From IMG/VR virus record IMGVR_UViG_3300030101_000994, positions 1-58,301 of that record: a stretch of DNA of 58,301 bases, one strand, 5' to 3'. Within the stretch, counting starts at the first letter, position 1, and every line of letters begins with the position of its first letter. The translations under genes were made by a program, and so were the position numbers. Below, one piece after another: positions 20,403 to 29,881 of the stretch. The DNA is from a virus. Lineage: Duplodnaviria; Caudoviricetes. Under the pieces are notes generated by a model. It was not told the origin of the DNA. It saw only the letters and a list, made by a program, of their open reading frames with translations, and made no database searches.

Positions 20403-20963
20403 ATGACTATTAATTTAAGAAAAGAAAGTGAAGATGCAGTCTTAGAATTAGACATAAAGCTATCTAAAACTATCTCTGATTATTGCAATAAGCTATTAGA
20501 ACTTCAGAATCAAATAAAAGCGAAAAAAGAAGAACTAAAAAAGATTGAGGAAGAAGAGAAACGAGTATCACAAAAAGTGATACCAGAGCTTATGCAACAA
20601 GCGGGGATAAAGATGCTAAAACTCAGCAGTGGAGCGAAAGTTGAAATCAAAGATAAATTTACAGCTAGACAAAGTTCTGGCAACAAAGAATTTATTTATG
20701 ATTGGCTTCGTGAAGTTGGTTTAGATTCTATTATAAAGAACAAAGTGTCTGTCAGTTTTGAGCGAAGTGAAGACAATCGTGCAACAGACGTTACTGAAGA
20801 GTTAAAGCAAAAGTTTGGCGACAATGTACGTAAAGAATCTTACATTGAACCCGCCTCTTATACATCAACCTTACGGGAACATGTATCAGAGGGTAAGGCA
20901 GTCCCTATGGACAAGCTTGGTATTTATATTTTCAGCGAAACAAAAATAACTAGAAAGGATTAA
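20403..20963 (+). CDS. Replication-module hypothetical protein
   Basis: AAGGAGG RBS; coiled coil, IPELM, WLRE motifs; precedes the SSB-like gene. Confidence 0.65.
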   Translation: MTINLRKESEDAVLELDIKLSKTISDYCNKLLELQNQIKAKKEELKKIEEEEKRVSQKVIPELMQQAGIKMLKLSSGAKVEIKDKFTARQSSGNKEFIYDWLREVGLDSIIKNKVSVSFERSEDNRATDVTEELKQKFGDNVRKESYIEPASYTSTLREHVSEGKAVPMDKLGIYIFSETKITRKD

Positions 20964-20966
20964 ACT

Positions 20967-21782
20967 ATGCCGAAAAACGAAAATACAAACGCAGTATCAT
21001 TCCGTCAGTATGCGGGACAAGGTACTGAAAACATAACAGCTAAAGATTTAAAGCTACCTATACTTAAAATACTTCACGCTTCATCACCCGTGTTGGATGA
21101 ATCAGAAGCTAAGTATAATGAGAAAGCCAAACAAGGCGACATCTATAATGAAATTACGGGATCTTTATATAAGTCTAAAGATGGAGTTATCGTTGTGCCA
21201 TGTGGATATGTTAACACTTTTAATGAGTGGGCTGACAGAGGAGACTCTCCAGGTAGACCAATAGCAGTGCACACCAATCCAGATATAATGACTAAGACTA
21301 ATCGTGATGGAGAAAACAAAGATCGATTAGATAATGGTCATTATGTAGAGGATACGGGTAATCATTTTGTTTATATATTAAATAAAGATTATGAGCCTAT
21401 CGAAACTGCTTTGGTTACCATGAAGTCAACACAAAGGAAGAAGTCAAAGTTGTGGAATTCTATGATTGATTCTAAAAGAATGAAAGACAAAGATGGCTTT
21501 TTTGTTCCCGCCACTTGGATGACTGTGTATAGATTAACAAGCACTAAGGAATCAAATGGCAACAACACTTGGTGGGGTTGGAATGTAGAGTTTGATAGAT
21601 TCTTAGATAAACCAGAGGATGCTGATACTAGAAGTATGACAGAAGATTTTTGGAAGTTCTCTTCTACTTCTGATATTTTTGGTAAAGTGCAGTTTGAAGG
21701 TAAAGAGGATAAGACTATCGATCAAATACCCACTACTAAAATTGAAAACTCTAAAGACGACATAAGTCAATTTAAGAGTTAA
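20967..21782 (+). CDS. Putative single-stranded DNA-binding protein
   Basis: LKIL...SP, MKSTQ.KKSK.WNS, acidic tail; position before the primase. Confidence 0.55.
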   Translation: MPKNENTNAVSFRQYAGQGTENITAKDLKLPILKILHASSPVLDESEAKYNEKAKQGDIYNEITGSLYKSKDGVIVVPCGYVNTFNEWADRGDSPGRPIAVHTNPDIMTKTNRDGENKDRLDNGHYVEDTGNHFVYILNKDYEPIETALVTMKSTQRKKSKLWNSMIDSKRMKDKDGFFVPATWMTVYRLTSTKESNGNNTWWGWNVEFDRFLDKPEDADTRSMTEDFWKFSSTSDIFGKVQFEGKEDKTIDQIPTTKIENSKDDISQFKS

Positions 21783-21784
21783 CT

Positions 21785-23368
21785 ATGCACAGCAAACTCT
21801 TAAAAGTGTTTGCTGGGTATCAAGAATCACATGTTCAGTTCTCTCTTATAGAAGAGAGGACTGAAAGTGGTAAGGTGCAAGCTAAGTACGTTACTGTAAA
21901 GAAGCCTGTCACTGCTGATATTTGGAAACAACATCTTGAAGGCAAGATTAGAATAGGTATACGACCTGAACATGAAGGTAAGTGTAGTTGGTCTTGTATT
22001 GATGTTGATCCCGCTAATTACAAAGATTATTCACAGAAAAAATATGTAGACATTATAGGTAAGTATAAGCTACCTCTTGTGCCCGTATTATCCAAGAGTG
22101 GTGGTTTACACATTTTTGTTTTTTTTAACAAACCTCACAGTATACAAAAAGTAAAAGATAAGTTGTGTGAAATAAATGAACAATATTTTTTAGCTAATGA
22201 AGTTTATCCGTGCAATAAGACTATAAATATGCCTTATTGTAATCACAAGAGAACAAGAGAATTTGCTTACGATGATGAGAATTATCCACTTAGTTTAGAA
22301 AGATTTTTAGAAGAGGTAGAAAATAAAACTGTAGATCCAGAAGACTTTTGTCAGATAGAGGTTAAAGAAAATGAAATAGAATCTGATTGGTCACACTATC
22401 CTCCTTGTGTACAAAAACTTATACAAGAGGGATGGTCTGGTAATAACAGACATCAGTTTTTATATAATGTGGTGGTATTAGAAATAAAAAAACAGCCAAG
22501 CATATCTTTACCAGATTTAGAAACTTTAATACTGCAGCGTAACATAAAGATATTTACAAAACCTTTACCAGAACAAGAGGTTCGCACAATGGTAAAGTCC
22601 ATACATAAAGAAGGGTATGGTTTTCAATGTCCACCTAAACATATTGAGTATCAGGTAATATGTAACAAAGAATTATGTAAAACTAGAAAATTAGGCACGG
22701 GTGATTACGTGCCTGATATTATAGATGATTTTACAGATATAGCGTATATCCAAGATACTAAAAATACATTTTATGAATTTACATTTAAAGATAAACACGT
22801 ATCTGTAACACCAGAAGATATGAAAGATGAAAAAAGTTGGCGAGTTAAATTATTACGATACAGAATATATTGGTTGACTTTACCAAAACCACGAAAAGGG
22901 CCAAGTCCTTTTGAATTACTTATGAAGGGTATCGTAGAAAAGTCTGTTGAAAGTAAAGAACATGCTTACGTAGATACACTAGAAGAAGAAAGATATTTAA
23001 TATTAAAAGATTTTTTTGAAAATCATATAGAGCAAGATAAGTTTGATAAATTAAAAGACTCTTACATAGTTTTAGATAGTAAAACTAATGTATGTTATTT
23101 TAAGAAGTATACTTTAGATAGGTTTTTAAAAAAGAATAGTTCGAAAGCATTTAACAACACACAAGATGCTTTACGAGTATTAGGTTGTAAACGAAAAGAC
23201 TATCACGAAGGTGAAAAGAATGTTTGGTATGTTGAAATGCCAGAGTTTGTAAGACACGAAAGTATTAAGAAAGAAGTAGTAAAAGAAAAAGTAACGGAAA
23301 TGGATGATGAATACCACAGTAAATTTAGGACTACAAAAGCAAAAGCAGATATACAAAAAAACAATTAA
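21785..23368 (+). CDS. AEP-type primase (primase-polymerase) with PriCT-like domain
   Basis: CIDVD (DxD), SKSGGLHIF, INMPY, PPC...NRHQFLYN. Confidence 0.75.
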   Translation: MHSKLLKVFAGYQESHVQFSLIEERTESGKVQAKYVTVKKPVTADIWKQHLEGKIRIGIRPEHEGKCSWSCIDVDPANYKDYSQKKYVDIIGKYKLPLVPVLSKSGGLHIFVFFNKPHSIQKVKDKLCEINEQYFLANEVYPCNKTINMPYCNHKRTREFAYDDENYPLSLERFLEEVENKTVDPEDFCQIEVKENEIESDWSHYPPCVQKLIQEGWSGNNRHQFLYNVVVLEIKKQPSISLPDLETLILQRNIKIFTKPLPEQEVRTMVKSIHKEGYGFQCPPKHIEYQVICNKELCKTRKLGTGDYVPDIIDDFTDIAYIQDTKNTFYEFTFKDKHVSVTPEDMKDEKSWRVKLLRYRIYWLTLPKPRKGPSPFELLMKGIVEKSVESKEHAYVDTLEEERYLILKDFFENHIEQDKFDKLKDSYIVLDSKTNVCYFKKYTLDRFLKKNSSKAFNNTQDALRVLGCKRKDYHEGEKNVWYVEMPEFVRHESIKKEVVKEKVTEMDDEYHSKFRTTKAKADIQKNN

Positions 23369-24926
23369 GATATACGGACCTCCGGGAACGGGTAAAACGC
23401 ATACCTTAATTGAAAGAATATTAAAGAAGTATTTAGACAAAGGAATACATCCTATGGATATTGCTTTTATATCGTTTACTAACAAAGCAGTGAACACAGC
23501 TCGTGATAGAGCTTTAGCTGCATTTCCTAAATACATAGAAGATGACTTTGCACGATTTAAAACATTGCATAAATATTGTAAAAAATATTTTGAAGAAGAA
23601 GTGTTTGATCCAAAAGCTTGTATGTTAGATTATGCCTTGCAGGCTAAGATAATAAAGACTACCGACTCACGGCTATCGGATGACAACTTTTTGTATAAAG
23701 ATTGGAGTTTAGGTATTTACGATAAAGCAAGAAACATGATGGAAGATCCTATACTTGTGTATAAAAAAGAAAGTTATAAGAAAGATAGTCTTGATGTATT
23801 TGTGAGAAAGATAAACACTTACGAGCATTATAAGAAAGATAGCTTCATAGATTTTACTGATATGATAGAAAGAACGATTGATGAGGTAGACTTTCCAGAT
23901 TTGAAAGTTTTGATATTAGATGAAGCTCAAGACTTTACCCCGCTACAGTGGTCTGTGTTATACAAGATGGCTGAAAGTGTGGATCGGATTTATGTTGCTG
24001 GTGATGATGACCAAAGTATTTATAAATGGAATGGTTCTGATCCTAAATACTTCACACAGTTTTTTCCGGGCCGTAAAGTTATACTAAGAAAAACTAGAAG
24101 ATTTGGTGAGGCAATACATCACTTTAGTCAGATAATTAGAAGAGGTATATTAGATAGTGTTGATAAAGAATATGTGCCACAAGACAAAAAAGGTTATGTA
24201 AAACGTTATCTTAATTTTAATGAAGTGCCAATAGGAGAACTTCCAGGGACTTGGTTTATTCTTGGTAGAGTAAACACGACTGTCAATGAGCTGCGTATTG
24301 CTGCAAAAAATGCTGGCCTATATTATGCAGACAATAAAGGTAATAAGTCTTTTGATGCTAAACAATGGGAAGCTATTAAGTCTTGGACTAGGATTACTAA
24401 AAATAAAAGTATTACCAAAATGCAAGCAGAAAATATGTACAAATATATTAGAGAGTTAAAAGATTTAGAATATAGGACTATGCGTTTTTGGTTAGGTTGT
24501 GCTGATACTAAAATGTATGACTTTCAGGAGTTAGTAGATTGGTGTGGTTTAGATATGCAACCAGAAGACAAGACTAGAACTTGGTGGGAAGTATTAACAC
24601 GAAACTTTACGCCTATACAAACAGAATACTTTGTTCGTTTGTTGAAACGTTATGGACAAAAAATGTTAGACGATGAACCTCAAATCATAATTGATACAAT
24701 TCATAGCGTAAAAGGTGGTGAGGCTAATAATGTATTGTTATACAGTAAAGCTAATTGGCCTTCTAACTTTTACAATAAAAATATTGATGAACGTTCTGAT
24801 GAACGCAGAGTAATATACACAGGAGCTACTAGAGCTCGAGATACTTTACATATACTATCTAGTAATTATAAGTATAATTACCCTATTGGTGAAGATTATT
24901 TAATATATTTAAGGGAGAAAAAGTAA
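23304..24926 (+). CDS. UvrD/Rep-like SF1 helicase
   Basis: GPPGTGKT, SFTNKA, DEAQD, GDDDQSIY, TIHSVKGGE, YTGATRAR. Confidence 0.9.
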   Translation: MMNTTVNLGLQKQKQIYKKTIKIYGPPGTGKTHTLIERILKKYLDKGIHPMDIAFISFTNKAVNTARDRALAAFPKYIEDDFARFKTLHKYCKKYFEEEVFDPKACMLDYALQAKIIKTTDSRLSDDNFLYKDWSLGIYDKARNMMEDPILVYKKESYKKDSLDVFVRKINTYEHYKKDSFIDFTDMIERTIDEVDFPDLKVLILDEAQDFTPLQWSVLYKMAESVDRIYVAGDDDQSIYKWNGSDPKYFTQFFPGRKVILRKTRRFGEAIHHFSQIIRRGILDSVDKEYVPQDKKGYVKRYLNFNEVPIGELPGTWFILGRVNTTVNELRIAAKNAGLYYADNKGNKSFDAKQWEAIKSWTRITKNKSITKMQAENMYKYIRELKDLEYRTMRFWLGCADTKMYDFQELVDWCGLDMQPEDKTRTWWEVLTRNFTPIQTEYFVRLLKRYGQKMLDDEPQIIIDTIHSVKGGEANNVLLYSKANWPSNFYNKNIDERSDERRVIYTGATRARDTLHILSSNYKYNYPIGEDYLIYLREKK

Positions 24927-24994
24927 TGGAAATAATTTGGATATATACAATCATTAGCACCTTGATTGGTTTACAAAATGCGGGAGTGCTATGA
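24926..24994 (+). CDS. Tiny hydrophobic peptide (22 aa)
   Basis: MEIIWIYTIISTLIGLQNAGVL; overlaps the upstream stop and downstream start; GGGAG RBS. Confidence 0.4.
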   Translation: MEIIWIYTIISTLIGLQNAGVL

Positions 24995-25173
24995 ATTATA
25001 AATATGAAATAAATTTAAAACTAGAGTTTAAAGCGAGACCAACTAAATTTGAAGTAGAATCAAAATTATTTGATGTCTTAAAAAATGGTTTTGTTTTAAA
25101 AAGCACTGAGGATAAAGACTATTTTGTAAAAAAGAAAACTATAAAGGAGAAAAATGAAAGAAAAATTAAGTAA
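24991..25173 (+). CDS. Hypothetical protein
   Basis: GGGAG RBS; packed in the operon. Confidence 0.55.
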   Translation: MNYKYEINLKLEFKARPTKFEVESKLFDVLKNGFVLKSTEDKDYFVKKKTIKEKNERKIK

Positions 25174-25480
25174 AACATTACTAGAATTTTTTGAAAAAAA
25201 TAAAGAGATACCAAAAGAAACAGTTGAAGAGTTTCAGGTAGTTCTTAATAAAGTGTATGATCATGCCTCCGATGAAGATGATGACTTATGGGACAGAGGT
25301 GGAGATCATTATAAAGATTTTAAGATACAACCTTCACAGTTTATTAATCAAAACGATTTAGGTTTTGCTGAAGGTAATGTAATTAAATATATTTGTAGAC
25401 ATACAAAGAAAGATAAGAAGAAAGATATTTTAAAAGCTATACATTACTGTGAAATGATAATTGAACGAGATTATGAGTAA
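25154..25480 (+). CDS. DUF3310 (SaV-like) protein
   Basis: GGDHYK...QP...FAEGNVIKYICR...DILKAIHY. Confidence 0.8.
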   Translation: MKEKLSKTLLEFFEKNKEIPKETVEEFQVVLNKVYDHASDEDDDLWDRGGDHYKDFKIQPSQFINQNDLGFAEGNVIKYICRHTKKDKKKDILKAIHYCEMIIERDYE

Positions 25481-25583
25481 AAACCAAGGTAGAATCATAA
25501 GCAAAACATTTTTACAGGCACCCAGTGGTCATTTAAACGGGTTTTTATCTCAAAATCAAGCTGACAGGGGGTTTTATGACTAA
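25473..25583 (+). CDS. Possible 36 aa peptide
   Basis: MSKNQGRIISKTFLQAPSGHLNGFLSQNQADRGFYD fills the gap and overlaps both neighbours. Confidence 0.3.
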   Translation: MSKNQGRIISKTFLQAPSGHLNGFLSQNQADRGFYD

Positions 25584-27441
25584 TTTACAGTTAGTTTTTA
25601 ACTATAAGAAGAATATTTGGTCTGCACCAATAGAATATAAAGATTTATCCGATGCAAAAGAGATCGCTATAGATTTAGAAACTAGAGATGATGGTATCAA
25701 CGAAGGACTTGGAGCTGGTTGGGCAACAGGTAAAGGTAAGATTGTAGGTTTTGCAGTAGCTGTTGAAGGGTGGCAAGGATATTATCCTATGGAACATTTT
25801 GGCGGAGGTAATTTAATTAAAGAACAAGTCTTACAGTATATGCAAGATATTTGTAAACTGCCTTGTCGTAAAATATTTCACAATGCACAGTATGATGTGG
25901 GTTGGCTTAATGCTTATGGTATCAAAGTAAATGGTGAGATAGTAGATACTATGATTGCAGGAGCTTTGATTGATGAAAACAGATACAGTTATAAACTAAA
26001 TGTTTTAGCTAAAGATTATCTAGGAGAGATAAAAGCAGAAACAGATTTAGTTGAAGCAGCAAAAGCTCACGGCGTGGATCCAAAAGGGGAAATGTGGAAA
26101 TTGCCAGCAGAACATGTTGGACATTATGCTGAACAAGATGCACGACTCACGTATCTTTTATGGCAACGCTTTAAACACGAGATAAACCAACAAGACTTAG
26201 AAACTGTATGGGAGTTGGAGAAGAAGTTATTACCTCATTTAATAGAAATGCGTATGCGTGGCGTACGAGTTAATGTAGAGCAAGCAGCTTTACTTAGACA
26301 AAATTTTATTAAAAAAGAAAAAGATTTATTATTAAAAATTAATAAATTAGTTGGACAAGATGTAGATATATGGGCTGCGAGGAAAATAGGATTTGCTTTT
26401 GATAAACTTAATATAGATTATCCTAAAACTCCTAAAAGTGGTGAGCCTAGTTTTACACAACAGTGGTTGATTAACAGTCCACACGAAATTAGCAAACTTA
26501 TAGTGCAGGCCCGGGAAGTCAATAAGTTTCATTCTACTTTTTTATCTAGTATTATGAAATACGAACATAAAGGTCGTATACATTCAGAGATACAACAGTT
26601 GCGTAGTGACTCTGGAGGTACAGTATCTGGTAGACTATCTATGTCTAATCCTAATTTACAACAACTTCCCGCTAGGAATAAAGAATTAGGTCCTTTAATT
26701 AGAGGTTTGTTTTTACCTGAACCAGGCTGCAAGTGGGGTAGTTTTGATTACTCGCAACAAGAACCTCGAATGGCAGTACACTATGCAAGTGCTGTAGGTT
26801 TTGATGGTAGTCAAGAACTTGTAGATGCTTACGCTAATGCTAGTGCTGACTTTCATCAAACAGTAGCCGACATTGTGGGTATTGACAGAAAACAAGCCAA
26901 GACTATTGGATTAGGTCTGATGTATGGTATGGGTAAAAATAAATTAGCGAATATGTTAGGATTACCAACAGATGATGCAACTGCACTTATTAATAAATAC
27001 AATCGCAAAGTACCTTTTATGAAAGAACTATCTAACAAATGTATGCAGTTAGCACAAGATAGAGGTTCTATTAGAACTAAAAAAGGTCGCAAGTGTAGAT
27101 TTGATTTATGGGAACCAAAAGACTTTGGTATACATACTGCTGAACGATATGATAATGCAGTAGCTAAATATGGTAGAAATAACATTAAACGTGCTTTTAC
27201 ATATAAAGCGTTAAACAGATTAATACAAGGATCTGCTGCAGACCAAACAAAAGCTGCAGTTATTGCTTGTGCTGAACAAGGACATTTACCTATTGTTCAA
27301 ATACATGACGAACTTTGTTTTAACGTCAAAGACGACAAAGATATAGCTGAAATAAAGAAAGCTATGGAAACCTGTGTGGAGCTAATTGTTCCTTCAGTAA
27401 TTGATGTTGCTCTAGGCAACGACTTTGGTCAGGCTGTCTAG
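25576..27441 (+). CDS. polA: DNA polymerase, family A, with 3'-5' exonuclease
   Basis: DLET, FHNAQYD, YAEQD, GRLSMSNPNLQQ, DYSQQEPR, KTIGLGLMYG, IQGSAAD, IHDEL. Confidence 0.95.
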   Translation: MTNLQLVFNYKKNIWSAPIEYKDLSDAKEIAIDLETRDDGINEGLGAGWATGKGKIVGFAVAVEGWQGYYPMEHFGGGNLIKEQVLQYMQDICKLPCRKIFHNAQYDVGWLNAYGIKVNGEIVDTMIAGALIDENRYSYKLNVLAKDYLGEIKAETDLVEAAKAHGVDPKGEMWKLPAEHVGHYAEQDARLTYLLWQRFKHEINQQDLETVWELEKKLLPHLIEMRMRGVRVNVEQAALLRQNFIKKEKDLLLKINKLVGQDVDIWAARKIGFAFDKLNIDYPKTPKSGEPSFTQQWLINSPHEISKLIVQAREVNKFHSTFLSSIMKYEHKGRIHSEIQQLRSDSGGTVSGRLSMSNPNLQQLPARNKELGPLIRGLFLPEPGCKWGSFDYSQQEPRMAVHYASAVGFDGSQELVDAYANASADFHQTVADIVGIDRKQAKTIGLGLMYGMGKNKLANMLGLPTDDATALINKYNRKVPFMKELSNKCMQLAQDRGSIRTKKGRKCRFDLWEPKDFGIHTAERYDNAVAKYGRNNIKRAFTYKALNRLIQGSAADQTKAAVIACAEQGHLPIVQIHDELCFNVKDDKDIAEIKKAMETCVELIVPSVIDVALGNDFGQAV

Positions 27442-27614
27442 GCCTGATTATGTACCCTTTTACGCATTTTAATTTGATCCTCTACAATAATTTCTCTAGT
27501 CAAATCTTCAATACGTTTAGTAAGCGAAACCATATCTACTGTGTACAATCCATTTTTTTTGTACAATCTAGTCCACTTACGTTCTAAGGCTACTTTTTCA
27601 TCTAACAATGTCAT
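27438..27614 (-). CDS. Small hypothetical protein (58 aa, not in ORF track)
   Basis: MTLLDEKVALERKWTRLYKKNGLYTVDMVSLTKRIEDLTREIIVEDQIKMRKRVHNQA; minus-strand TTGACA upstream at 27664-27659. Confidence 0.6.
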   Translation of the reverse strand: MTLLDEKVALERKWTRLYKKNGLYTVDMVSLTKRIEDLTREIIVEDQIKMRKRVHNQA

Positions 27615-27658
27615 TTATATACCTGTTTAGTTTATATATATAATATGTTATATATATC

Positions 27659-27698
27659 TGTCAACATACCTTGACATTTCTAGGATATATCTTATATT
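27659..27698. promoter_or_regulatory. Back-to-back promoters with palindromic operator
   Basis: Plus strand TTGACA(27671)-16-TATATT containing TCTAGGATATATCTTATA; minus strand TTGACA at 27664. Confidence 0.65.
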
Positions 27699-27726
27699 TA
27701 ATATATAACTAAAAAGGAGATGAAAG

Positions 27727-27981
27727 ATGGGTAAAGTAAAACAACATTATACTATGGAAGCAGAGAAAAAGTTAGAAGCTTTGGCTACTATGTTAAAACA
27801 AAAACTAATTACCCCGGAGTATGTACGTAAACAAATTAAAGGTGATCAAGCCATACAACTGTTTGCTTTTAATTGTGATGAAGACGAAATGGATGAACAT
27901 ATAACCGAGTTTATCAAGTTCGTACAACAATCTGTTAGATTGGTAGTAGATAATAATAAGGAGGGTTTGATAGATGAGTAG
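27727..27981 (+). CDS. Hypothetical protein
   Basis: AAAGGAG RBS, MGKVKQ start. Confidence 0.7.
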   Translation: MGKVKQHYTMEAEKKLEALATMLKQKLITPEYVRKQIKGDQAIQLFAFNCDEDEMDEHITEFIKFVQQSVRLVVDNNKEGLIDE

Positions 27982-28270
27982 AAAAACTAGCGTAATGGAA
28001 AACCTTATGAAAGTACAACCTTCTTTTAACGCACCACGAAGCAAGTCTTTTGCTGAATGGTATGAGAAAGTAGATGAAGTGTTAGATTCACTTCAACTAA
28101 ATGATTATAGTTTTGGTCAGACTATACATAGATTGAAGGGACTAGGTGTGCCTACAGAGTTTGCAACTCAATGGGTACAAGACGAAAAGGCATACAGAGA
28201 AGATTGTGCGAAACTGTATAGCAAATGGAAGCAGGATGTAGGTTTAACTGATATAGTAGATGAGAGATAA
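27974..28270 (+). CDS. Hypothetical protein
   Basis: AAGGAG RBS; operon packing. Confidence 0.65.
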   Translation: MSRKTSVMENLMKVQPSFNAPRSKSFAEWYEKVDEVLDSLQLNDYSFGQTIHRLKGLGVPTEFATQWVQDEKAYREDCAKLYSKWKQDVGLTDIVDER

Positions 28271-28272
28271 TT

Positions 28273-28383
28273 ATGTTTAAAATTTATTTAGTTATGTTTG
28301 GTCTATTATTTTTAATCGCTCCTAAACTTGTTGCTATACTAATTGCACTTTTCTTATCTGGGGTTTATTATTTAATATTATAG
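28273..28383 (+). CDS. Small hydrophobic membrane protein (36 aa, not in ORF track)
   Basis: MFKIYLVMFGLLFLIAPKLVAILIALFLSGVYYLIL. Confidence 0.6.
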   Translation: MFKIYLVMFGLLFLIAPKLVAILIALFLSGVYYLIL

Positions 28384-28392
28384 AGAGGTACA

Positions 28393-28596
28393 ATGGACAC
28401 AACTAAATGGCGAAGTATAGCAATACGAGTAGAAACACATAAACTGTTGAGAGCGTTAGCTGAAGATAGTTTTAGAACACCAGAACAACAGATAGCCAAA
28501 CTGTTAGATAATCATATAGCCTACAAGGCTCAGAAAGAACGTATCAAGAAAGATGATTTACTAGCAGATCTGTTGAAGAAAGAACCAGATAAGTAA
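28393..28596 (+). CDS. Ribbon-helix-helix-like DNA-binding protein
   Basis: KWRSIAIR beta-strand followed by two helices (ETHKLLRALA; RTPEQQIAKLL), an Arc/CopG-like pattern. Confidence 0.6.
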   Translation: MDTTKWRSIAIRVETHKLLRALAEDSFRTPEQQIAKLLDNHIAYKAQKERIKKDDLLADLLKKEPDK

Positions 28597-28597
28597 A

Positions 28598-28810
28598 ATG
28601 CCTATTTTAAATTGGAGTGAAGTGACTGAAGAGATAACGAATTTAGAGCATTTCACTCCAGAAGAAAAGTTAATGATCATAAGTTCTGTTCACGAAGATT
28701 ATGAAAAGTTAACTTTTTTAAATAAACACGAAATTTCAAAGTTTGACAAAAATGTTTTGTTATTATACAAAAAGATATTGGGGTTATTAATAAAAAAACA
28801 TGGTCATTGA
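28598..28810 (+). CDS. Hypothetical protein
   Basis: Operon packing. Confidence 0.55.
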   Translation: MPILNWSEVTEEITNLEHFTPEEKLMIISSVHEDYEKLTFLNKHEISKFDKNVLLLYKKILGLLIKKHGH

Positions 28811-29283
28811 TGTATTTTCCAGCACCGCACATTTTAGAAATTATAGGATTACAACTTTCAAGAGAAATATTATACACCACACACGTTACACCAGAGGAAC
28901 GATTATGGCGAGGAGTTTTACTAAATGCCATAGAAGATGTTTTAATAAAACACTCTGATCGTAAACATTCATTACAAAAAGGACAAGCCCACGATTGGAT
29001 TATAACCAATAGTGTTTGTTTTCAAAAAGTATGTGGCTGGGCATCACTAGACTCCGATCTCGTTTTAGAGGCATACATAAAAGCATTAGAGGAAGGCAAA
29101 GTAACTTTTACAGCTAGACAAATTATGTGGAATAAGTATGCAAGGTTTAGTAAAAAGATTCGCTCCATAGAAGAATGTAATATTAAAAGAAAATATAAAG
29201 GTGAGATTAAACGTTTCCGCACAGAAGTATTGGAAGCCCCTACAACTTACGTTACTACTTTATTTACTTCGGTGGTAGCATAA
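28807..29283 (+). CDS. Hypothetical protein (possible transcription regulator)
   Basis: PEERLWRGVLLNAIED...AHDWI...FQKVC; function not confirmed. Confidence 0.6.
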   Translation: MMYFPAPHILEIIGLQLSREILYTTHVTPEERLWRGVLLNAIEDVLIKHSDRKHSLQKGQAHDWIITNSVCFQKVCGWASLDSDLVLEAYIKALEEGKVTFTARQIMWNKYARFSKKIRSIEECNIKRKYKGEIKRFRTEVLEAPTTYVTTLFTSVVA

Positions 29284-29786
29284 TGCCACAAGTTAAAAAA
29301 GAACTACGCACCACGGATCACCTCAAGCCTAAGCAAAAAGAGTTTGTGCATATTTTAGTAAAAAATTGGGGACAAATTAGTAAAACCGCTGCATTACAGA
29401 AAGCAGGATACAAAACAAAGAACGAAGCAAGTGCCCGTGTTCTCGCTAGTAAACTAACCAATCCCAACCTCAACCCACATATATGTCGCTACCTGGAAGC
29501 AGAGCTATCCCGGGAACAAGAAAGATATGAGAAAGATAAGTTACGCCGCTACAAAACATTTGAACGATTACGAGATGGTGCTGAAGCCAAGGGACAGTAC
29601 ACAGGTGCAATCAACTCTGAATATCGTTCTGGTCAACTCGCTGGATTGTTTGTGGATAAAAAAGAAGTTACTCACAATACATTAGAAGGTATGAACAGAG
29701 AACAACTAGAAAAAAGATTAGAAGAATTAGAAAGAAAAATCGGAGAAGGTGTAAATATTATTGACATCACTCCTGAGAAAAAGTAA
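29283..29786 (+). CDS. terS: Terminase small subunit
   Basis: LKPKQKEFV...AALQKAGY...ASKL...NPHI HTH pattern; GQLAGLFVDKKEV oligomerisation segment. Confidence 0.7.
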   Translation: MPQVKKELRTTDHLKPKQKEFVHILVKNWGQISKTAALQKAGYKTKNEASARVLASKLTNPNLNPHICRYLEAELSREQERYEKDKLRRYKTFERLRDGAEAKGQYTGAINSEYRSGQLAGLFVDKKEVTHNTLEGMNREQLEKRLEELERKIGEGVNIIDITPEKK

Positions 29787-29789
29787 TAT
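29761..29789 (+). promoter_or_regulatory. Near-consensus sigma70 promoter with no plus-strand gene downstream
   Basis: TTGACA-17-TAATAT at the 3' end of terS. Confidence 0.7.
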
Positions 29790-29794
29790 ACATT

Positions 29795-29881
29795 ATCTCT
29801 TTTTAAGAGGTTTGAAAAAAAACGTCAACCTAGCACACTCCTTTTTAAATTCATATTTATTTCGTTTGTGCTAGGTTTTTT
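29795..29881 (+). ncRNA. Candidate anti-Shine-Dalgarno small RNA 1
   Basis: Own promoter; 11-bp stem AACCTAGCACA/TGTGCTAGGTT plus T-run; loop begins CTCCTTTTTA; 5' part complementary to leader 34561-34584. Confidence 0.55.

Noticed and set aside
29767-29820. Minus-strand gene start explaining the similarity to the 34589 leader
   Set aside because: The ATG at 29793 (minus) opens only 8 codons into terS, and the plus-strand promoter explains the region better. A relic duplicated leader cannot be fully excluded.
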